This document shows positions 48,153 to 58,751 of a DNA stretch of 64,000 nt, in pieces (the first letter of the stretch is position 1; each line of letters opens with the position of its first letter). Source of the stretch: Hyphochytrium catenoides (taxonomy: Eukaryota > Protista > Hyphochytriomycota). The notes below the pieces were generated by a model. That model was not told the origin of the DNA, did no database searches, and was given only the letters and a program-made list of their open reading frames with translations. The stretch spans positions 1,527 through 65,526 of the forward strand of contig FLMG01001375.1 in NCBI GenBank assembly GCA_900088475.1. Reading direction: 5' to 3'. Made by a program: the position numbers and the translations under genes.

Positions 48153-49916
48153 TCACTCTGTCGCAGTGATCATCACCGGCGTGTGCATTTCTACAGTTAG
48201 AGAGCGCTTCATATGTCGCAGAGTCTTCGTCACGTATGAGGCGCTCCTGTTGGTCACCGAGCCTAGGATTAGGCACTGGATCCCACCCAGGCGTCCCATC
48301 AATAACAGTTTGCTGAAGTATAGCGCGAAGCACTCTGCAGCAGCATTCTCACGAAGATTCAGATAGCGAAGAGGAGGAAAGTGCACCGAAGTGATGGCCT
48401 TTGCTAAATATTTTGCCCCCTTCCGTTGAATGAAGTTGCTATCTAGACAGAGAGTCTCCAGTTTGGGACAGCCTCCTGCTGCTAGAGCTGAAGAGAGTTT
48501 CTGCGCAGCTCCACAACCCAAGAGGTTACCGCCCAGGTTAAGGTTCTCTAACCGCAATAGCTTCTTTCCTTCTATAGCAGCAGCTAAAGCGCCGACTCCT
48601 ACCTCTCCGATGTAGTTCCTCCTCAGGTCTAAGCGTCGAAGGTCTGGACAACAGCCGGACTGTATCATATCTACCAAGTCTAGGGCACCGGCATCGCCTA
48701 TACCATTTCCTATCAGCTGTAGACTCTTCAGCTTCGGACAGACCCCTTTCTTTAAAGCAGCAGTGAGTAGGGAGACAACGCTGTTCCTCTGACCATTGAA
48801 AAAGACTGCACATAAGCAGATGGATTCCAGGTTTGGGCAGGAGCCAGCGCTGAGAGCAGCGATAAAATTTCTAATAACTCTCTCATAGTTGCTAGCAAGA
48901 AATCCGAGTTGGGGAAGAGAGGAAGAGCATTCTCCTGATATGCCCGCCCGGGTGATCCTTTTAACTGTTCCTTGGGGAACCGGCCAGTAGCTAGGAGGTG
49001 TCACATTCTCTGTCTCCTTTGGCTCTACGAAGATGCTGATGTGCCCAAGCTGAGGATAGAGAGAGAGCTGACCGCCTATGGCTGGAGAGTAGTCAAAGAT
49101 GTCACTGAGCTGCTTTGGATGCACCTGCAGAGACTGGACACACTGAGGGAGGAAGCGCGCCGCAAACTTATTTACTGCTGAGTGTCTAATAGCCTCTTTC
49201 CCATCGAGAAAGGCGTAGACAGACATGATGAGATCTTGGTTGTTCCCCAGGAGAAATGTTGAGCTAGGGCGAAAAGAATGGCGAGGGGTAAGGCACTTTG
49301 GAGTGCTAGAGGAGGAGTCAGCGATCGGGCTCGCGAGGAAAGGCTCCGCTCCGGCTTGCCCGAAGAAGTTCCCAACCTTCAGAGTAACCAACGCAATGTC
49401 TGTCCTTCTCTTTTTTAACAGCCTACTAGGACCTTGAGGCCAGCTCTGCATAGGGAGACCGAGTTCCTCCGTCATCTTTCTCTTGGGTTTATCACCAGAA
49501 AGGGGAGATGAAGACTGTTGGGAAGCGGCAGCATTAGGGGCTGCGCTGACCTTTGAGGCCTCTAGAGAGAGCTGCCCGAAGTCATTTGCACATGGAGGAT
49601 AGGCAGTTAGAGCAAGGAACTGCAGGCGCTTGTTTAAGGTTGAGAGGTCTAGGTACTCCTCGAGTGAAGCCGCCCTCCGGTATAGTGCAAGCTCCATATG
49701 CCTAGCAATGTCAGGTAGATAGTCTGCTGCCTCCTGTTGGTTCTGCTGGTACGACCCTATCCTCGAGTGAATGATGCCAAGAAGCCTATAGATCATGCTT
49801 ACACGGTGAGGATGATCATTGGCACTTTGCCAGGTGAGCGGCAGAGGTGCTCCTTGCTCTGCCATACTTTGACCGTCCAATAGCACCCCATGGATATTTG
49901 ATAAAGCTTGTCCCAT
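48153..49916 (-). CDS. Intronless protein: KIX-like N-terminal domain, F-box-like segment and ribonuclease-inhibitor-type LRRs
   Basis: LPDIARHMELALYRRAASLEEYLDLSTLNKRLQ (KIX-like); NQDLIMSVYAFLDGKEAIRHSAVNK (F-box-like); repeats such as CPKLKSLQLIGNGIGDAGALDL and LRRLDLRRNYIGEVGVGALA. Confidence 0.8.
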   Translation of the reverse strand: MGQALSNIHGVLLDGQSMAEQGAPLPLTWQSANDHPHRVSMIYRLLGIIHSRIGSYQQNQQEAADYLPDIARHMELALYRRAASLEEYLDLSTLNKRLQFLALTAYPPCANDFGQLSLEASKVSAAPNAAASQQSSSPLSGDKPKRKMTEELGLPMQSWPQGPSRLLKKRRTDIALVTLKVGNFFGQAGAEPFLASPIADSSSSTPKCLTPRHSFRPSSTFLLGNNQDLIMSVYAFLDGKEAIRHSAVNKFAARFLPQCVQSLQVHPKQLSDIFDYSPAIGGQLSLYPQLGHISIFVEPKETENVTPPSYWPVPQGTVKRITRAGISGECSSSLPQLGFLASNYERVIRNFIAALSAGSCPNLESICLCAVFFNGQRNSVVSLLTAALKKGVCPKLKSLQLIGNGIGDAGALDLVDMIQSGCCPDLRRLDLRRNYIGEVGVGALAAAIEGKKLLRLENLNLGGNLLGCGAAQKLSSALAAGGCPKLETLCLDSNFIQRKGAKYLAKAITSVHFPPLRYLNLRENAAAECFALYFSKLLLMGRLGGIQCLILGSVTNRSASYVTKTLRHMKRSLTVEMHTPVMITATE

Positions 49917-50588
49917 CTCTCTGTCAGAAGTCTATCACTTAGATCTCTCTTGGTGCCAGTGCTACGATGGGAGAAACTTCAGAAAGTCTCGGCTGCAAAA
50001 CACCTGCGGACTGCAGACCCGCAAGAACGGAGACGAACGAATGCGCCAGAAATCTGGCTTTACCGCGATGGTCTCCACCTTTGACTGGCGGCCACCACTG
50101 CGCACTCTCTTCTTTTTCCTCTTTCTATTTTATTTCTCCTTCTGTTTATAGCTCCATGCTGCAGGGCTGCTGATGAGGCAGTGAGTGTCGGCAGTCTCTG
50201 TTGCTATAACGGGCTAGGAAGGTATGAATATGTTGGTGCTTGTACGAGCAAAGAAGAGATTTGGTCCCGTCAAAAGATAAAAATATTTTTCTCTCGCCTC
50301 GAAGGTGGGACGGGTGATGAATCTCCCTCCTCTTCTTTCTGTTCTTTTTCTCTCCTTTCTCCTTCTTCTTTTCTTATCCTCTCTCTCTCTCTCTCTTCCT
50401 CTCTTCTCTTGCTCTTGTCAATGATGATGGCGCCAAACCTCGACAGTCGTGACTTCCAGCCCTCAGTTTCCTTTCAGCCCCATACAGAGCCAAAGAAGGG
50501 GAGGTGGCAAATGATGCTCTCTTTCAGCAAGAGAGACAGATCGATGAGAGAGAAAGGACAGCTGGGAGAGAGACATGCCATTCGCCAG

Positions 50589-50619
<31 letters not shown>

Positions 50620-50642
50620 CGGTATGGGAGAGAGAGAGAGAG

Positions 50643-50678
<36 letters not shown>

Positions 50679-51735
50679 CTACCTCAGACAAGGGAACAAA
50701 GGGAAAGGGAGGAAAATGGCCAAGGCCTCAACAGAAGGTGGCGGGAAATGGAAGGAGCTTGGAGAGGGATGATGGAGGCGATCGGGCTGTGGAAGAGACT
50801 GGAGGGGATGAGGTGATGATGGTGATGATGATGTGGAGAGAAAGGCCAAAGATGAAAGACAGAGTGAGACAGAACAGGCCGGAGATATGGGAAGATCGAC
50901 GGTTGAGTGGGTAGGGCGAATGAGTGGGTGAATAGGGTTGAGACAGAGAGCAGCGAGATGTGGATGGAAGATAAGGAGACCCAGATTGAAGAGCTGGGCC
51001 AAGAGATAGGAATTCCAATCTCCAGCTTCTGTGGGAGACGGCTCCTAAACGTGGGTTTGGCACGATAGGAAAGAACATAAGGTGCTATTTCCATATTGAA
51101 GTTGCGTTTGATACTGCAGTGAAGCTGTGTTTGAGGAGTTTAGGACTTAGGAGGACTGTGTCCTATGTCATTGGTCATCCTGCAGGGCTTTTCCTCTCTT
51201 TCCTTTTGGAACCGCGTCTTGTGCCTTCCCGCTAAAGTCTAATAATATTCCTTCTTTACTGCATGTTGCTTGTCTATATAAGGCCTTATACTGACTGTCA
51301 TGGTGGGGCTTTTTCCTATCCTCTTCTTTTCTTGATAAATAAAGTGCAAAGCTTCAATATGTGAAAGGTTCAAAGGTGAGAGTACTGTAGTGGTTGTACT
51401 GCTATATTCGGCTCTTCACCAATATTTCGGTTTTGGAATGTTTTCATGGAGGAAAAAGAGAAAGGAGGGTGGGATATTTTAGAAGCTTTACCCTTTTAGT
51501 ACAAAAATAGACGGCCAAATCGGCACATCCCAGTCAAACCGAGGAAAAGTTGTCCATGATGGGACGTCTCAGCCTATTTTTCTAAACTGATTCATGTCAT
51601 TCTTGACAAGGATTATGCTGCCATACTTTCTTGTCATAGGAACTATAGTTCTAGAGTAGTTTTACAGCCAGTGCGAGATACACGGCTCATTGTCATTTAT
51701 GAATCGCTTTTATTGTCCAAATCTGGTAAATTGAC

Positions 51736-51757
51736 TGTCAATAAAGCTTTATTGACA
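51736..51757. promoter_or_regulatory. Perfect 22-bp palindrome TGTCAATAAAGCTTTATTGACA within a TGTCA/TGACA cluster
   Basis: The sequence equals its own reverse complement. A regulatory role is inferred only. Confidence 0.5.
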
Positions 51758-53824
51758 CGAATAATTGGTTTGTGATTTCGAAGGTATGGAAACTGGTTCT
51801 ATTGGGTAAGGAAAATGTTAGTCAGCCAGAAATCTTGGACTCCTTTTCCTCCCTTCACGTCTTAGATCAGCGCGCTGCCCAGCCATTTATTCCTGGAGTC
51901 CTACTACTGTTTTGTTTGACACTACTACTCTGTTTGGTGGCGCCTCTGATCTACAGTTTTAACACCCGCTGGGACGATGCCATGGTCCCTTGATGCCCTA
52001 CCTTCCTTTGCCCTTATGATGAGCTAGCGGGGTCAGATGCCTGCCCCTGGCTTTATTACCCTGACGACAAGCACGAAAGGTACCATTATTTCGGGGCAGA
52101 CATAGAACTGAAACAGAAGACCTGGGAGACTGTCATAAGAAGACCCGAAGACCCGACCCCAAAATTCTAGTCGCAGTCAAAGTAGAATATGAGCAAGGTT
52201 CTTGGTGGGCGTTGCTAATCAGCAGGTGAGCAGCTGGTGAACTGTCGCCCTACCCTGCGCAGTGGTCTCTGATGAAGAAGTCAGTAGTACGGCCAAACCA
52301 AAAGCCAAGCCAAGACAGCAGCGAGGATGTTGTACAGGATGATCTGGCTCTATTTGTCGAATTTTCTTTCTGGAGCTTGTGGTAGAGCAGCTGGCTGGGA
52401 GCACAGTGTCGACGAGAAGGGTTGCTGACTAGTAAATAGAAGCACACAAGCGTCGTACCACACACGACTACGTACTATGAGTGCCACACAAAACTAATCA
52501 CCAATCCATGATCTATAGAATCCATGGCAGTTGCTGGCCAGTAACATTTAGTAGAGAAGCAACTAGTGGAAGGCTAGGGAGGGCCATTATTTTTTTAAGA
52601 CAGACTACTATACAAGCATTAATAAAAAAAAGCTTACCACTTTTGAATGATGACGACGCTGTAGATGGTTTTTCATGGGGTCTGTAGGGTCACGAACGTA
52701 GGACGACAGGACGACCACCGCTTCTTTCACCGAAAAGGAACCCAGCTCCAGCCTCCAGGTGTTGGTACGTTGGACTTACACGACATCACGATGCGTCACC
52801 GCATCCGCTAGATGCCCCTTCCGCCGGTAAGTACACTGAGGGGGAAGGTAGAGTCTGACATGGCAAGGGTACTTATTACTCCTGGTATGTGCACTGATGA
52901 TAGCAAAATTCGAGTGCCAAAATTTTGTGATACCTTCCTCAAGTTGAACCACCCATTCACTACTATGCACGAGAAGACTTCGCTTTCTTGCCCCAAACAA
53001 TGCCGCTAGTTACTGCTTCATCGCTTGAACCTACTTTGCGTACGCCCGCATTAATTAAGAAGTGATCATGCCCTTGTTGCCATTTGCCCACATGTCGTGG
53101 CACGTTGGTGATCATAAGACCGCGGAGCCTGAAATGCACCGATAAAAATTATACGTGCTCAGCAATATGCTAGGGTTGACTTCAATCTTTCCTGCGATTG
53201 CGTGACATCTGACTAAACAAAAGGTTGTCAGACGGAGGGTCTTTCTATCTTCCTATTTACCGACCTTTCGTACCGGTCGCCTCAAAAGAGGTTTGATAAT
53301 TAGGAACACTACTACTCGCACACTTAATGGCAGGCCACTACGTTGTAGAAATAGGTCATAGCATTAGCGCCTTCTTCACCACCACAGTCTCCGAGCTCTG
53401 TCCAAGGGTAGCTACACCGTGGCAAGGCCCAGAGATGCGTTCTTCAGGACACCCAGAGAAAGAAGTGCAAGCGTAGTAGTGAAAGGCAACGTTCTCTGCA
53501 GCGGTCTGGATACCAGGCTTAGCTGGGCTGGGCCCGCCCTTGGCTTCCCTACCAGACGAAGTTGGAAGAAAGGGCCGTCTTGCTCGATCCTACCTTGTTC
53601 TGTCCTAATAATTTACTATTTGCCCGTAAGATGACCTCTGTCTTTACATTGTTGACGTGCATCTAGCCAGAAGAAGGCTTCTCCGTTCGTTACTGTTGGC
53701 CGCAGGGACAAAAAGATGTCCCAGAAAGTGAAGCTTCAATGGATGGAAACCTAGTCCTGCAAAGTTCTAATACCCTTTAAGCCCTTTCCGCTTCTATCCA
53801 AAGTCTCCTCTTTGGCAGCGCCCT

Positions 53825-56062
53825 TTAAACGCCCATCATGTTGAGGAGCTCGTGCAGACCCCAAAGATTCTTCCTAAGCTCATCAGAGCGCTGATTCAGG
53901 GCTTTCTTAAGCTTGAACGCCTCAGACTTCGGTCTCTCCGCTGGCAGAATAATTTCATCTAGTCCCCCGTACTGCAACTGGTCTACCTCGGAGAAGAGAG
54001 TAAGAACCTCGTCATGCAAGGCTGGATGGACTTGGCCCTTCTCGTACTGTCAAATAGCAAGCACGTGAGGAGCAACCTGGTACGACGCGTGTCAAATAGC
54101 TAGCGCTCACCTCTCGCTTGAGCTCCTGCAACCGCTGCTCGCAGAGAGTCAGTCTGCCGCTGATGCTATAAAGTCCTCGAAGTGCACAATCCACGATGAC
54201 AGTCTGTCGATCCGGCACGCCATAACTCTGTCTATTGCCTCCAGGGGTTGATGCTCTTGGCTGAGAAACTCTGTCGGGGAATCTGTATTCCTGACCTCCT
54301 GAAGTCCGAAACTCTTCAACAGGGACTTGTGCTTTGGTCAACTGCTGCTGTGTAGCGGCCGATGCTGCAACTATTTCAGAAGGAATTAAAGGGAAAAAGA
54401 AGAAGGAAGACAGTTGACCTCTCATTGTGGCCTGATGGAAGAAAATCGGCTGTCTCCTCACCATTTGCAAGCTTGGACTGGTCTTCTGATGGACGTGATG
54501 AGGTAGCCATACCACCTTTACCTCCTGTAGCTGCCATCTGTTCCTGTGCAGGCCTACGCTGCCCCAAGGGCTGGGCAACAAAGGCGACAGTCCTGAACCA
54601 ACACTTTGTGCTATTACCTAGTACTATCGCGTTGCTGATACCAGTGCCTGGGTCATCAGCGATGCCAAAGTAGCAATCTGGCCAGTGGACGGACTGCAAA
54701 ACGAAAGGTGTGTCACAGGTGAGATACTCTCCCCCTTCAAACCTTATAGTGAAGAGACTCTTTGTGCTTGATAGCTGATTATGGCCCCAAGTGCAGTATC
54801 TGTGAGGAGATACAACGGTGATGTCCGTTAGACGAACATTCGTATCCACCCTCGTTTCACCTCCGCTATCCTCTTCCTCACTCTCAATCCAGCTGCCACT
54901 TCCTAACTTGCGTTGCCCAAGCGGACTCTATCTTACTCTCTTCCTCATTATCTACATACTTTCATATGCACAGATTGGCCCTAGGCCATTATTTCTGCAT
55001 CATAATAGCAGGTCATCTGCTCGCCCACTGACGACAACGCTACCTTCCCCTACCTTGATAGCTTCTGGCCTTTAACAAAGCGGTTCTGCTTGGTCCGCCG
55101 CTCGTGAAAGCGTACATAGACCTTGTCGTCTTTCTTCACGCGAAGGTCTCGTGTAGGCGATAGGTCATGAGCTTCTAAGTAAAGAACCTCGTTCCAGTCA
55201 ACGGAGGCCTGCTTGCTTTGAGGGAGTAGACAAGGCGGACCTTCAATGAATCTAGCCGACAGCACCTTCGAAGGATCTGAGGCTGAGCAGAGCCTTACTG
55301 GAAATCCGTAAAAGACAAAGAGGGATGGAGCTCTGGCCGTGTATGAGCGCGTAGGAAGTTCGTCTCTGGGTGCGACTGGTGGGCTGAGGGCAAGGTGCAT
55401 CATGATAAATAAAAACAAAAATTGAACGCCTACACCACGTAACAGCCTTAAGGGTACTGAGCGTAGAGAGAAAATAGAGAGAGAGTTCGTACTTCTGGCC
55501 TGCGACTCTCTAGCCTTTCTTAGAGCTTTCGCAAGGACAACATCCTATGCTGAATACTCTTTCTCTTCCTCAAAGCTGAGATTGTTGGCCCCTCTTCTAG
55601 GCCTCTAAAAAGGCTGCATTCCACCATAATCTATCCTGTGTGGACGTAACACAATGCCACGAAGCAGCTTAAAAAAGTGAGCTCAACCTTTTCGGTGAGC
55701 TCTAATATCTTGCTTCGTTCTGCTATAGCTTCGCAGAATATGCGGCGAACGGTGTTCTTAGCTTCACCAGAACTTCCATCTGACGCCCTTGATCGCCATC
55801 GTTCCTTCCCTGTGGTCGGTGGCACATAAAGGAAGGAGAAGACAGACAGAGAGGCAGGACAGTCAGGCGACGACATCTGTCTCCTCAAAGCCGTCCTGGT
55901 TCCTTGATTCGCCTTGTGGATCATTATGATGAAGAACAATGAAAGAGAAATGCCAAACCAGAGTGTGCACCAGAGAACAGAAGATACAAAAGGTAGAGAG
56001 AGGGAGGGGACCCCTCGCAGAGACAAAAGTCAGACACAGGGCAACAGAAAGAGAGAGAGCGT

Positions 56063-56102
<40 letters not shown>

Positions 56103-56112
56103 GAGAGAGACA

Positions 56113-56144
<32 letters not shown>

Positions 56145-56482
56145 AAGGAGGCAAAGGGCACAGAAGAAGGTGAAGGACAAAAGAGTACAGATCTTGGCTC
56201 CTCCTTGTGTCGCCTGCGGCTGGCATCATAAAAACTGCGGGTACCACAACCTGCCCGCAAGAATAGCCGCTAACATCAAACCGCAGATCAGCATTATATA
56301 TTGGGGATATTTGCAGCCCCTTATGGCGTCTGTTCGGTAATCGAAGCTTCTCTATCACAGATCTTGAAGCTGGTCAAATTACCGTTACATCTGATTCTCC
56401 AGGGCTTGTTCTGACCGCTGACGCCGGAGGAGAAGGCCCAGCCATCCAGGAGATTGGCGTCCTTGCTTGTCCTCATGGCCAT
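53825..56482 (-). CDS. Uncharacterised multi-exon protein with central beta-rich domain and C-terminal BAG-like helical bundle
   Basis: Spliced frame MAMRTSKD...RIRCN|GCGTRSFY...|...FVFYGFPVRLCS...|...; C-terminus VDQLQYGGLDEI...SEAFKLKKALNQRSDELRKNLWGLHELL resembles BAG domains. Confidence 0.6.
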
Positions 56483-56796
56483 GCGTCATCATGGGGCAGC
56501 ATGCAGCGACTGCTGCATCCTCGTCAACAGAGAAGAGCATCCGTCGGTGCACCTTGTAGAGGATCTCTTAGATAGAACGTTTTTGATAGCTATTGCTACT
56601 CCCTTGTCTTGACAACCAGCTTTCTCTGTCGTTGCTTGTCAAACAACGTTTGCCTGATAGAGGCGCTTCCTACTACAATCGATCTTCCGTGACGAGCTAC
56701 TTCAACCTTCCCAAAAGAGCGCCACCATCATACACTACGTGCAGATAGAGTGAAGTATTCGAAGCTCTTGGGTTAATGTACCCTAGCCCTAACATG

Positions 56797-56893
56797 CTGA
56801 AAGTTATCGAGACAAAGGCAGCCCTTTCCGCAATCTGGTCAATTCCTGAAGGTTATCGAGACAAAGGCAGCCCTTTCCGCAATCCGGTCATTC
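56797..56893. repeat. Tandem direct repeat, 2 x 49 bp
   Basis: CTGAA(A/G)GTTATCGAGACAAAGGCAGCCCTTTCCGCAATC(T/C)GGTCA at 56797 and 56846. Confidence 0.92.
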
Positions 56894-57049
56894 TTCGTTC
56901 TTCTTCTATCACTATATAGAGCTAAGTGTGGAGAGACTCGGTGTTATGGACTGGTGGATCTTAGAGGAAGGAAAAAGCGACTCAGTTCGAAAAGGGTAAG
57001 AGAAATCTGGCTAATTATGCCCAAGTGAAAGCAGTTAGGAAGCCAAAAG

Positions 57050-57900
57050 CTTGCCCGAAACAGCTATGAGGATTGAGGGTCCTTCTTATCACCGCCAAAA
57101 TCTATCGTTGCATTATCGCTCCTCTTTCACCTCCGATGGTAAAGGAACGCCATGAGCCTATTGCTTGATAATGAATACCATGGACCCCGTCTAGCCTGGG
57201 CGTTTTTATTGTTAACTACGATTCGACAGGGGGCTGCCTCGTCCAGTCAGAGGACTCTGAAGAACAGCACATCACTCATGGAGAATAACCAGGTCTAGCG
57301 GTAGTAGTAATGCAAATCCAATGGCTGGACATTGCCAGATTGTGTCTATCTATGTCAGCCTCTGGTAGGAGTTTACCTCACCTTTGGAGGTGGTGATGCA
57401 AGGAGACACCTTTACCGAGCTAACATAATATCACCGTTCTTCTGCCAAAGCTGACCCGTATTAGGCCACCTCACCAAAGATGTTTTCACTCTTCTTAGGT
57501 CAGCGACATGCATTTTTAACTGAACTCCCCACAAAAGGCAGACTTGTTTGCCTTCGTTCCCCCTCACAACTCCTCCTCCAAGTTTCACTAGGAACTACTG
57601 AGGGAGAGTCCACATATGACTAGGCACTCAATACTATAAAATCGTGGGGCCGGCACTGACCTAGAATGAAAGACAAAATCATTAAGACCTGTATATAGCG
57701 CTCCCCAAACAAGGACGACCACGCCATATCGTCCCGCATCCAACTCTCCGCAAAAGCACAGGCCGTCCAACAATCATCACATTAAGTACTTGAGAAGAGC
57801 GTAGCTGTGGTAGACATCTTGACGATGTTATTGTGCCCTGTCAAAGAAGCTGTGGATGACATATTCGGTCCCTTCGAACCAACTGATATGATATGCCTAC
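57050..57900 (+). mobile_element. Possible degenerate pogo/CENP-B-like DDE transposase remnant
   Basis: Stop- and frameshift-ridden fragments CLSMSASGRSLP(HL)/LEVVMQG and SH*VL...VVD...PVK resemble DDE_1 motifs (C.SA.G..LP; SH.LQP.D....P.K). No TIRs were found. Confidence 0.25.
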
Positions 57901-58751
57901 ATTAAGTAAAGAACAATCACAGTCCAGCTTCTTCCCTGGTAGAGGCAGCTTTCATCGTCATCTTCCTTTTCGACATAGCAGAGCTCACATCAGCCACTAA
58001 CTAACTTGGTCGTCTTCTTCACAGGTCTGCTCCCTCAATAAAATGATGATGATAGCCCAGCGAAGAAGAAGCGCAATGATTGAAAGGGTGGAGAGCTGCC
58101 CAATCAGAAGGGCACAAGCGGCGTGAGATGAACCACTCCATATTTGTCAATTTAGGTTAAATAAACCACACTTAATGAGAAATATATAGTTTCATGGAGG
58201 AGATGGGTCTAGAACACTCTGGAGAGTACTACCATATTTGGCGCTTTTATTGACAAATACAGGTTTATGAGTGGTTTGACATTATTTCCACCTGTGTGCC
58301 AGCCATCAGCGCCCATCTCACCTCCCACCTCCACCTTCCAACCTGAGCAGATGTGATTGACGCTTCTCTCTCTAGAGCTCTGTCTGGCCTGCAGTCACTC
58401 TGTCTCTCAAATTGGTTCTGTTTATACGGTTCTTTGCGTCCCTGTCATCCTAGTTTTCTCTCTGCACCTCTCTGTCTCGTCCTCTCTCGCTCGTTATTCA
58501 GTGTATGACCTGACCTGCCTCCCCACAGTTCAACTTCATCACTCTTTACTACCATCTCCATCTGCTTTCTCAGTTTGCGTCCTTCAGAGCTCGGCTCGAC
58601 CAGCTACCGCGCAGGAAGGAGCGTACGGGAACAGCGAGATGACGTGACCTCTGTTCTCACTGGCAAGCCTGCCAGCAAGGGAAAGCTGGAAGTCTCGCCC
58701 TCTGCCACGTAAGAAGACGAGAGAGACGGAGAGAGACCAAGGGGAGGAACG

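Noticed and set aside
52000-53200. Possible KDZ-type transposase relic
   Set aside because: Only a vague resemblance (TPGMC..., NNAASYCF) with many stops; not supportable without an HMM search.
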